From assembly GCA_030704615.1 (NCBI GenBank), contig CM060732.1:32178001-32242000 (forward strand): 64,000 nt of DNA. Direction: 5' to 3'. A model generated the notes under the pieces. That model did not search any database, was not told where the DNA came from, and worked only from the letters and a program-made list of their open reading frames with translations. Shown one piece after another: positions 14,101 through 24,845 of this stretch (its first letter is position 1; the number at the start of each line of letters is the position of its first letter). The stretch comes from Takakia lepidozioides. Its lineage: Eukaryota > Plantae > Bryophyta. Both the position numbers and the translations under genes were made by a program.

Positions 14101-14343
14101 CCAGAGCTGCCGGATTTGCACACGCATTGCAAACAATCTAAGGTTCAGTCAACTATCTAAAGTTCACTCATAAAGCAAAGCCAGGATGAAGATGCAGAAA
14201 CAAAGCGAGGTAACGAAGCGAAAGCAAAAAAAAAATCGAACAAACCGAAAGCAGAAGTGGCTTGCCTGAGAGTACTCGGCTTCAGTTGGCGCAGGTTGTG
14301 AGCAAGACACTGGAATCTCCTGCTGGAGCTTCAGTTTGGCCAT
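8113..14343 (-). CDS. inner-element ParB/Srx-like domain fused to a beta-class N4C/N6A DNA methyltransferase fold; spliced, roughly 1,400+ aa, apparently intact
   Basis: Exons ~13920-12477, 12358-12169, 12068-11784, 11698-11573, 11477-11263, 10463-9338, 9249-8985, 8900-8702, 8572-8113. All eight GT-AG junctions are phase-compatible. YVWDGNHR (12617-12631), MILLDIPDG (9581-9595), LLDDGGCVVV, RSPAFIQTLMETCS..GRILDLTCGTGAS..RHVFAFEPD. The 5' start is uncertain. Confidence 0.82.
10491..11155. repeat. 7 x 95-bp tandem repeat (190-bp dimers) inside an intron of the ParB-MTase gene
   Basis: CCGAAAATGG at 10491, 10586, 10681, 10776, 10871, 10966 and 11061. Each unit has GGCGCCGAATTTCC and an inverted CTAAGTCCCT..AGGGACTTAG pair. 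Confidence 0.95.
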
Positions 14344-14669
14344 GCGAGAGATTGGCCGTCGTCCGTAGTACAGAGCTTTCAACTTCCGCCGCGGTCTGGA
14401 TCTGAGGTCTCTCTCAGGAGAGCCACGCCCTTCAGGCGGCATAAGTCCCAGCCAAAAAGATCTCCTTTTTTGGGGTACATGCCTGGAATACCATGTTAAG
14501 CCAAGTATAGCATGAGATTTAGGGTACGTGTCCAGGAAGCCATGCGTCGCCAGCCCGAATAATAACCGACGGCCGTCGACATTTATTGCCCAACTGCGCA
14601 ATTAAATGTCGGATGAAGCCCTCCATGTCGGAAGAAAATAGACGAAAACAGTCCCGGAATTTCCCTCAT

Positions 14670-15100
14670 GCAGGTAATTCGGAAGCGCCCGGATGGAAAT
14701 CCGGCGCCGAATTTCCATCCGCGCAGGTAGGGCGGTGCGCCAAATTTCCTTCAAGCAGGTAATTCGGATGCGCCCGGATGGAAATCCGGCGCCGAATTTC
14801 CATCCGCGCAGGTAGGGCGGTGCGCCAAATTTCCTTCAAGCAGGTAATTCGGATGCGCCCGGATGGAAATCCGGCGCCGAATTTCCATCCGCGCAGGTAG
14901 GGCGGTGCGCCAAATTTCCTTCAAGCAGGTAATTCGGATGCGCGCGGATGGAAATCCGGCGCCGAATTTCCATCCGCGTAGGTAGGGCGGTGCGCCAAAT
15001 TTCCTTCAAGCAGGTAATTCGGATGCGCCCGGATGGAAATCCGGCGCCGAATTTCCATCCGCGCAGGTAGGCCGGTGCGCCAAATTTCCCTGAAGCAGGT
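14670..15100. repeat. 5 x 85-bp tandem repeat with near-perfect palindrome GGATGGAAATCCGGCGCCGAATTTCCATCC
   Basis: GGATGGAAAT at 14691, 14776, 14861, 14946 and 15031. Confidence 0.95.
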
Positions 15101-16720
15101 AATTCGGCGCCGAATTTCCATCCTGCAGGTAATTCGAATCGTGGATGAATGGAAATTCGGCGCCGAATTTCCATCCTGCATGTAAGTCGGATCGGTGCCA
15201 TATGGATATTCGGCGCCGAATTTCCATCCTGCAGGTAATTCGAATCGTGGATGAATGGAAATTCGGCGCCGAATTTCCATCCTGCAGGTAAGTCGGATCG
15301 GTGCCATATGGATATTCGGCGCCGAATTTCCATCCTGCAGGTAATTCGAATCGTGGATGAATGGAAATTCGGCGCCGAATTTCCATCCAGCAGGTAAGTC
15401 GGATCGGTGCCATATGGATATTCGGCGCCGAATTTCGATTCGCCATTTATTTCTGAGCGAGGAATTACCTTCGTGCAGGTAATTCCCAAATAAGAATTAC
15501 CTTCGTGCAGGTAATTCGCATACAAGAATTACCTTCATGCAGGTAATTTCCAGATGAGAATTACCTTTGTGCAGGTAATTCTGGACGAGGAATAAACATC
15601 GATTGGAATTACCTGCAGGAAGGTAATTGTCATCTGGAAATTACCTGCACGAAGGTAATTCTTGTATGCGAATTACCTGCACGAAGGTAATTCTTATATG
15701 GGAATTACCTGCACGAAGGTAATTCCCCGTTCAGAAATAAATGGCGAGTGGAAATCCGGCGCCGAATATCCATACGGCACGGATCCGACTTACCTGCTGG
15801 ATGGAAATTCGGCGCCGAATTTCCATTCATCCACGATTCGAATTACCTGCAGGATGGAAATTCGGCGCCGAATATCCATATGGCACCGATCCGACTTACC
15901 TGCTGGATGGAAATTCGGCGCCGAATTTCCATTCATCCACGATTCGAATTACCTGCAGGATGGAAATTCGGCGCCGAATATCCATATGGCACCGATCCGA
16001 CTTACCTGCTGGATGGAAATTCGGCGCCGAATTTCCATTCATCCACGATTCGAATTACCTGCAGGATGGAAATTCGGCGCCGAATATCCATATGGCACCG
16101 ATCCGACTTACCTGCTGGATGGAAATTCGGCGCCGAATTTCCATTCATCCACGATTCGAATTACCTGCAGGATGGAAATTCGGCGCCGAATATCCATATG
16201 GCACCGATCCGACTTACCTGCTGGATGGAAATTCGGCGCCGAATTTCCATTCATCCACGATTCGAATTACCTGCAGGATGGAAATTCGGCGCCGAATATC
16301 CATATGGCACCGATCCGACTTACCTGCTGGATGGAAATTCGGCGCCGAATTTCCATTCATCCACGATTCGAATTACCTGCAGGATGGAAATTCGGCGCCG
16401 AATATCCATATGGCACCGATCCGACTTACCTGCTGGATGGAAATTCGGCGCCGAATTTCCATTCATCCACGATTCGAATTACCTGCAGGATGGAAATTCG
16501 GCGCCGAATATCCATATGGCACCGATCCGACTTACCTGCTGGATGGAAATTCGGCGCCGAATTCCATTCATCCACGATTCGAATTACCTGCAGGATGGAA
16601 ATTCGGCGCCGAATATCCATATGGCACCGATCCGACTTACCTGCTGGATGGAAATTCGGCGCCGAATCTCCATCCATCCGAGATTCCACTTACCTGCTGG
16701 ATGGAAATTCGGCGCCGAAT
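15100..16720. repeat. large inverted-repeat array: 53-bp monomers (106-bp dimers) on both sides of a symmetric 4+4 block of 24-bp palindromes
   Basis: ATGGAAATTC at 15801, 15854, 15907 and onward (~18 monomers to 16720), with ~6 inverted monomers at 15100-15435. GAATTACCT-N6-AGGTAATTC at 15462, 15494, 15526, 15558 and 15606, 15638, 15670, 15702. Unique spacer 15582-15605. Confidence 0.95.
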
Positions 16721-16770
16721 CTCCATCCGGGGATGGTCTCTGTCGGAGAGGTGCCGCCTCTCCGCCGCTC

Positions 16771-17370
16771 TGTTGGATATTCGGTGCCGAATTTCCGTCC
16801 CGGGGGTTGAAATATGACTGCCAGGTTCCGTCCTCTCCCCCCTCCCCGACTTCATTGGAACGGCCCCGAATTGAAATTCGGCGCCGTTTTCTCATCTGTG
16901 GAGGTTTTTATGTCGGCCAGTTTTCGCTCTGACACGCCGACAACACTTCCTTTGGGGGGGCCCGGATGGAAATTCGGCGCCGAATGGCCGTCCAGGGGAT
17001 GTTCTCTGTCGCACACTGGCCGGCCTCTGTGCCCCAGGCGACTTCATCCGGGCGTCCCCTGTTCGATATTCGTTGCCGAATTTCCGTCCGGGGGTTGAAA
17101 TGTGACAGCCAACTGCAGGCCACTCCCCCCTCCCCGACTGCATCCGAATCGCCCCGGATGGAAATTCGGCGCCGTTTTTCCATCTGGGATGTTTTTATGC
17201 CGTCCAGTTTTCGGCCTGACCCCCCGACACGACTCCCTTTGGGGGACCGGATGGAAATTCGGCGCCGAATCTCCATCCAGGGGATGTTCTCTGTCGCACA
17301 CACTCCGGCCTCTGCGCCAGAGGCGACTTCATCCGGGCTTCCTCTGTTGGATGTTGGGTGCCGAATTTCC
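16771..17370. repeat. two diverged ~290-bp tandem units, each with three GGCGCC-type palindrome variants
   Basis: TGTT(G/C)GAT(A/G)TT...GCCGAATTTCC recurs at ~16771, 17060 and 17345 with collinear intervening sequence. Confidence 0.8.
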
Positions 17371-17675
17371 ATTCGGGGGTAGTAATGTGACGGCACGGTG
17401 CCGGCTTATCCCCTTCAGCCGTCATCATCCGGACGGCCCCCCACTTTCTGACTGCATACCGTTGGCAGTTATTGCGCAAAGACGAGGGGCCGCATTCCGG
17501 AGACAAGGTTCATTAACACTCTGACTGTGGATTTTTGAGATAGTTGGCTCCCTGGATTTGGATCAGGCTTCGTCGCTCGGACAAATCGGCATCGCATTCA
17601 TTCCCATCGCTGCACCCCCTTCTACCAGGGAGCTTCCCCGCACGCCATCCTGGCAGTCTTGTGTGCACATCTCCC

Positions 17676-20600
17676 ATGGCGGAAAACCCGAGCGCTACAG
17701 TGTACTGCCCTCCTCACGAGCATAGAGCTTCATTTCCGTGCAGAGGGACACCTGCCGGGTGATGGAGAAATATCTGTGCGTTCGATACCACCTGAAACCG
17801 GGGTCGGTTTTTTTTGGAGGAGGAAAGGAAGGACTCAAACGGCCTTGTTGTCGAGAGTATTGTTGTGCTCCACGATGATTTCGGCGATGGCAGGGAATGG
17901 CGAGTTCCACCATCGGACAGCGTCATATACAGGGCTGTTGGGGACTTCATTTGCCCGCCAAATGCACCGTCTATCCTGGCGCCTTCCACGAAACAATCCG
18001 CGAATCAGAGAGTGGGTACCTCAAAGAGAGAAGTCCGCAACGAAGTAAATCCAGAGCCGAACCCATCCATGAAGACGACCGAGAACCGGGTTGTTCACAA
18101 CCTGTCCGACTCAGACGAGGTCATGGAAGTTCCGAGGTCGTCCTGGAGATCAGGCAAGTCCTCAATGGACGTCAGTGGAGGAGGGAGTCATATTCCCAGC
18201 ACGAGCACCGCAGTTCGATCTATTCTAGAAATTCTGCGAGGGCTTCACCTGGAGGGACACCGGTCGGAGCTGGCCGGGCTGGACTACAGCATGTTCGCAA
18301 TTAAATCGGTTACATGCCTTCCCGCCGACGTCGACGGTAATGTCTTCTTTGAGTTCCCTCCTCGGGCGGACTACTCGAGGGCGTCCGGAATGTTGACAGA
18401 TATGGATAGAAAACATGACGGTCATCCTTGGTGCGTTACCAAAACCACCAGCATGAAGATGCTTGATGGTGTGCGGGTGCGCTACGTTGTTTGTGCGGGC
18501 ACGTTGCGGTGTTTCTCCCCAACTTGCTTCCACTTTAAATCCAGAGGTCACAGGAACGAGACCGATTGGACAGGCACAGCTCACCAACCATTTCGAGCTC
18601 AGGAAAGGTTCCGAACTCCACATTTAAGTGTGCGCATTGCAAAGAACCACCACACTGCATGTCTGTTTGTAATGCCAAGCAGTTCTATGTGTTGCACCGT
18701 TTCCCTGACCTCACCCGAGCTTGCATACACGTTGGTTCCCATTGTCACAAATTGGCGAGGGGGAACTCGCGGGAGGCTGCCCACGAAGCAGAGCAGCTCG
18801 TTCAGGAGGAGGTTAAGTTGAGACGGGGGTGCCAAAACCCAAAAAGATACAGCTCCAAGCCGCCCCATAAGATGGCATTGGCCAGATTATGTCGGAGACG
18901 GCTCGGATAGAGTTCCTCTCGACGAGAAGGAATGGAGGCATTGCTCGAGTCGGTGTCCCCCGTAGTTCATCACATCGAATGTCCGAAACCACATTGTCCT
19001 CTTGCAAACAGAAATTGGGCGTGGCCGGATATGCCACTCCATTCTGGAGGTGAAGCGACGATGTGGATATGACTACATTCGTGGAAGTAGGTTTCCAGGA
19101 CAAGGGACTGAGGCAGATCGTTGTTTCGTATTCAAAATGTCCACGTGTGGACCTGGCAGTGGCGTCGCTGGTCGACAGGATGACGAGTGGGAACTTGTCA
19201 AACTTGGGTCATGTTCGACCATATCAAGCGAATTAACAAATCACCAGTGGGTGACAATGGTGGCAGCATGTCTACGACACCCACTGCAGGATGCTAATGA
19301 CATGCTATTTGTGAGATGAAAGGAGAGGACACACAATCGGAGATGCTTCTTTGGCATGGAATAAACGACAGATGGCCAAGGCGGGATTGCCCCCTCCCAA
19401 TTTCCGTGGTTTCATGGCGGACAACGCACAAGCAATTGGGCTGCCATCCGAGGGTGTACGGGCAAGACCCCAATGTTTCCCATGGAAGGCAAGGAGAGAT
19501 CTTGTGGGTTCCACTTTCTGCAGAGCCTTTCGCATACACAACCAGGCTTCGTGGCGCCAGATTTCAGAGAGGAGCACCCGTTCCATGTGCCTTGCGTGGA
19601 AGCGCGCTCCCACCTTGGATGATGCAGAGACACAGTTTTGCATGCATACGGGCTTGGTGGACATCGTCAGGTGCTGTAAGGAAATCAGACGAAGGAGCAA
19701 TGGTCAGTTGGCTAGCATGGTGGCATTATCGTTTCCTCCAGTTCGGCGACTATATGCGGGAGGTGAGTTGCACGAATTCCTGTCCCGTTGGATATTATTC
19801 TTGCTATTTTGTAACTTGCTTTAACCTCATGTGCTTGTGCAGGAAATGTGTCTCGACTCCGACACCGACATGCCCACGACAAACATGGCCGAATCAGTGC
19901 ACTCTTCCTGGCGTGCGTCCTCTTGCGGCGCATCTGGTGGACATCCTCACTGCCACAACGGAGGACATTGTGAGGTCAATTATGCAGCAATGCAGGTCAA
20001 CATACGATTTCTTGAAAGGGAACAGTGGGGCTTGGGCCGGACAGGCAGGAAATGCTGAGGCGGACTGCCTCCAGATCGAAGAATCCTCGAGTGGGCGGCG
20101 GCCTTTGCGAGAGGCCTTCGGGACACGCCATTTCTGCGAAGAGGCCAACATTTGGAAGGAGATGTTCATACCCGTCCAGTGAGACGAAGACTTGACGAGG
20201 CACCCTGGCGGAAGAGGATTCATGGCGAGCTGACAAGAATATTCGCACGCTCCCTCGTGGTCCGGTGATGTTGTCCGAGGAGGTCTCGTCGAGCACCGGA
20301 AGTCCTGCACGTTCAAGATCGCCATCTCCTTTGAGCACAGGGCGCGTGCCCCGGCACATAAAGAGCCATCTGTAGTAAAGCAATACAACATTTCCATTGT
20401 GGAGACAAGAGTGTCGGAGTCACAGTGGAGAATTGCGAGGACATTGCGGCATTTCGAGGAAGTGTTGCGCCATCCGGGTGGATACGAGAGCACGCTGTGG
20501 TGAGATGATTCGGAGGAACCCACACGGTGCTGGTACCTGCACCTTGTTTCATCAGCGGCAGATTTTTGACTCCCACATTGCTCACGCCACAACGCAGACA

Positions 20601-21260
20601 TTTTGGTTCTGTAGGCACGACATAATGACATGTGGTATTTGGCAAGCCCAAGTACGGGATTCAGGGAATGCCGGAGCCTCCGGCGTCTGGCCTGTTGCAC
20701 CGGGTTGCAGCCCCTCTCTCAGAATGAGGCGGATGCTCTATCTGCGGCGTTTCGAATGGTGCAACGCACAGACATCCCGGCCCACGCATTTCCGGTTCCT
20801 CAGACCAAAGCCATTGCATACTGCTCGCTCCAGTAGAGACGGATTGGACAATTCTGGCACATCCCACAATGCGATTCGAAGAGTGAAGAGACGACACCCT
20901 CCCAACAAGTTGAATGAGACTCGGATTGCCAATGCTCTTGGGATGGCTTGCACTATTCAGAGCTCCGTGGACGTACCCCCCCCCACCCGGCCTTGGGCGT
21001 GTGTATCGGATGGCAACGGCCCGGCTCGGCTGTACGCGACGATGTATACACAATTACGATTGGAGTGAAGCCGACTTGCAACTGTACGGACTTCTCGTTG
21101 ATGGAAGCAAAGAAGGGTTCGAAGTATTATCCGTGCAAGCATCTGTATTACATTTACCTGAAGAGGTTGAGGATGAACTGGACTATTGATGACTTTATTC
21201 ATGCAACCCCGCGTTGAGCGTGAACGAGCTGCACAAACTCCTCCTTCTTAGGGATTCCAG
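17676..21260 (+). pseudogene. MULE transposase with GCM-like domain and SWIM finger (inner element), many small indels
   Basis: MDRKHDGHPWCVTKT, CAGTLRC, FVFKMST, FRGFMADNAQA, WLAWWHYRF, NMAESVHSSW, FWFC and PTCNCTDF..PCKHLYYIY. Collinear with the outer transposase and has the same intron position (~19763-19842). Confidence 0.85.
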
Positions 21261-21419
21261 AAATCATGATGGGGCAAACGAAATCCTCCATATGGATTTT
21301 TCAAATGCATTTTTGCTGTATCAGACTTTTTTTTTTTTTGGCAGTGTAATGAATGCACCCCAAAACTCCTGGAATGAGGCAATATTCCCATTCAATGAGA
21401 TCCAACAGAGCAGTTTTGG

Positions 21420-21665
21420 GGCCATTTCTGGAAAAATGGCGCCGAATTTCTCTTTTTGGGGCCGAAAACTCGCTAAGTCCCAACATGCACTGGTACCCTG
21501 TGTTTTGGAAAATGGCGCCGAATTTCTCTTTTTGGGGCCGAAAAATGGCTATCCCCCAACATGCACTGGTACCGTGTCTGGAAAAATGGCGCCGAATTTC
21601 TCTTTTTTGGGCCGAAAACTGGCTAAGTCCGAACATGCACTGGAAAAATGGCGCCGAATTACCTG
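21420..21665. repeat. short array (~4 copies) of GGAAAAATGGCGCCGAATTT units related to the 95-bp repeat
   Basis: Shares GGCGCCGAATTT, GGGCCGAAAA and GCTAAGTCC with the 10491-11155 unit. Further degenerate cores extend to ~21790. Confidence 0.85.
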
Positions 21666-24129
21666 TCATGAGGGGACCTATACCGCGGAAATTCGGCACC
21701 ATTTTCGCCAGAGAGACCTATTGGACCTATTGCCGCGAAATACGTCGCCGTTTTTTCAGGTTACGGACCCTATTACCGCAATTCGGCGCCATATTTGCAC
21801 ATGTCGCTAGGAATTGGCTAGCGGAAGACAAAATATCATGAGCACAACTGTCAAAGTGCAATTTTCCCTTCAAGGGCCAATAATTATTTGGTTTTTCTGA
21901 CACATTGCATAAATTTGTTTTTTTATTGTTTTTTTTTTATTGTTTTTTATGTGTTTTTATTTTCGAAATTTGTACTTCTGCTCATGAAAACCGATTGTGT
22001 TACTACTCTGCTCATGCCGCTCATGCCGCCGCCTGCCGCTCATGCTCATGAAATAGCAAACCTCGTTGCACATATATGTCATTACACAACACCGATCCGG
22101 CAGGTTGTTTCTTTGTGATTGTCGTTACAGCCGTTCCTATCGCTCTCGCTCGCTTTGTTTTGAATACGGCAGTCTCGGCTTTGCATGTGTAGATTGTGCA
22201 ATTCTTTCACACCATTCATGGTGAGTTTCCTTGATACAGAGTGATTGTCGTTACCCCCATACCGATACCGCCATTTCTATTTGCAAATCACTTAGTCAGA
22301 ACTGATGGCATCGTTCAGAAACTGTGAGGTCGAGCCTACAGGATCAGAGGGAAAGGATCTGGAGATGGGGACGAGTCCGCAAAAAGCTCAGAGAATACAG
22401 ATGAAGCAGATGAATCCGAAGTGCACTACCTTGACAAGGTGAAAGAACTCATGTCATTCCAGAAGGTAAACTCTCAGGAGGTTATCAGGAGGTGACATGC
22501 CGTATCTGGAGGGCGTCTGGAAGCCTCTGTGCCGGATGATATCAATGCCTGTTGTGCGTCACTCTTTCTCCCATGACATAACAAAATTGGAGAGTGATTT
22601 TGTGCATGGATATAGACTTGGTGCACAGTTTTTTATGTGTCACTGACGGATATAATGGGGAAAGCACATTAGTTTCTCCAGAGATCAGATGATACCTGGG
22701 ATGATGCTGGAAGATGCCAATGAGAGTTCGAGCTGGCCTCATGATGGGAAAGAACACCCAGCATTCTGGCAACCACATGTTCTAACGTCTGGGACGCAAC
22801 CAACCGATATCTGGCAATGGATGGATACATTCAGAAACACCATTCGAAAGACAAAGACAAGCATTTTGCTGTGGAGGCAATGGTTTTGGATCCGGAAACG
22901 ACATCGCTAGCTTCTTACAGCTACCCCGTGACAAGTAAGTCATCCAGGAGATTTGATTCCCTCTGTAGTGTCTTGTTAATCCTCAAAAAAAGGTGTTAGA
23001 ATGCAATGTTTCCAATGTTTTTGCAGATCAACAGAGAAGATCGCATGTGACAACAAGCTTGGTTCACACACTATTCCGAATTCAGAGGATTGGTCTGATG
23101 AGCTGGATGATTTTCGGACAGTACTACCACCCAATATCATCAAAAGTGCGAAACAGGAAGAGCTGCAGGCACTTGGTATTCTTTGACACGAGAGGCTTTT
23201 CTGGAGTACATGTATGCGGTAAGCCCGAGTCTGTAACTGTTTACTTTTCGAATACATGTTTTAGAGTCCCTTCGGAGCTAATCACTACTTGAATGAATGC
23301 AGCAAGAACTGGCAGAGGCAGCTGAGAAGGAAAATCCGAAATTTCCGCACTACACCAGAGGACTAATGACATCAAAGGTGTGGAAGCTGCAATAAAGAAG
23401 GAGTTTGAGATGCGAGAACAATTGATGTCAGCTTCGGAAAGCAGCTTAGAATAGTAGATCCTGGACTTGGTCCTGAGTTCCTTCATCAGCAGATCAAACA
23501 CACTATGACAAGCATGTGCATCCGGAGATGCAGCAGGAGAAATTGCACCGGCTGGCCATATCGATGGTCGACCCACAAACAAAAATAAGGTGGCTGGAGA
23601 TATGGAACTCAGATCAAACAGTAAAGGACTTGAATCAGTTCCCAAGAGCACCATACAGCCTGGCACACAAGGTGGAAGGAATTAGTGATTTGGTGTTTGA
23701 TAACTGGCTCCACAAGGCTACATTTTGGAGTCAGGTGTGTATTCGAACATGCTGTTTCTTCTCTCTTCAGTATGTGATGTGTATCTTTTTTTGCAATCTG
23801 ACAAATATACTATTTGCAGCTCGAAAAGCGCGTCGTCATTGTGCTGGATCAGACTTTGAAGGACCTGAACATTGCGATTGTTTCCCTCCCCAAATGTCAT
23901 TGGAGGCACCATAAGGAAGTGGAGAGGTCTCAACACCTGGAGATACTTTTTTTCCGGGAGTTCTCCAAAGATGGAGTAACATTTTACGTCGTCAACGACT
24001 TTGACAGTCAGTTGGAGGAGAGTGGGCCATGAGCGAGTTGTGTACAGGTGCAATGTCATATTTGAAACTCTACTACTGTTTTGTTGGAAAAAATGTGGCT
24101 TCATATGGATTGCAATCTTAGATCCAGAT

Positions 24130-24845
24130 TGAATGTCATTGACGACATTCACTTCTTTGTCTAAGTCATTCTTAGCGAGTATATGAATTCACCTGTTTAG
24201 GATCTAAGGGTGCAATTATATTGTCCCTGATTAGAATTGATAATGTCCTTGAATGGCGTTGACGACATTCACATACGGAGGTTGTTGAGAGGTCCTCAAG
24301 TTATTTAAATTTTTGTAATGTCCATAGAGGTTACAGTGAGGGTCCTCACTTCATTTTGCTGATGTCAGGCAGACATTCAGTTGTTCTGCATTGTTTTTTC
24401 CTCTTGCGATGAATGTGGAGGCTTGATAGCTCTGTTTTAAGAAATCCAAAGTGAAATGTCGTTGACGACATTCACAGCTGTGTCTGTATTATTCAAAAGC
24501 GACAAATTCAATTTAATGGATTGGGGAGCTAAGTAATTGGTTTCTTTTTGTATTTTTTGGGATGGCGTTGACCCATTCACATACAGTGATGTTTGTGAGG
24601 TCCTCAGTGATAGGTTCGTTATGAATGTGCATTGAGTTTTCCTGGATGGTTCCTTAATCAATTTTTTATTTCCATCCTGTGATTTTGCTTCATTAAGTAA
24701 TAATTTGGCTTCATTCTTGATGTCGTTGACGACATTCACTTCTATGTCGTGTCATTTCTAATCGATTATTTGCATTCACCTGGATTAGGATGATTTACAG
24801 TGTCATGGAATGAATGTTCTGAATGGCGTTGACGACATTCTATCT
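24130..24845. repeat. dispersed array of the outer element's palindrome GAATGTCGT-TG-ACGACATTC in an intron
   Basis: Copies at ~24131, 24251, 24454, 24561, 24719 and 24821, plus a degenerate one at ~24361. Confidence 0.85.

Larger units (their letters stand above)
7890..22068. mobile_element. inner (nested) MULE of the same superfamily, opposite orientation
   Basis: Imperfect TIRs CAGGGGGCTGCTATTTCATGAGC (7890) and CAACGAGGTTTGCTATTTCATGAGC (reverse complement ending 22068). CATGAGC subterminal repeats at both ends. Same gene plan as the outer element. No 9-bp TSD found. Confidence 0.82.

Noticed and set aside
15100-16720. CRISPR-like array (palindromic repeat plus spacer)
   Set aside because: The spacers are only two alternating sequences, there are no cas genes, and the context is a eukaryotic TE.
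14836-16932. Long ORFs (229-394 aa) in the repeat array
   Set aside because: Artefact of a stop-free 106-bp repeat; the same peptide recurs in all three frames.
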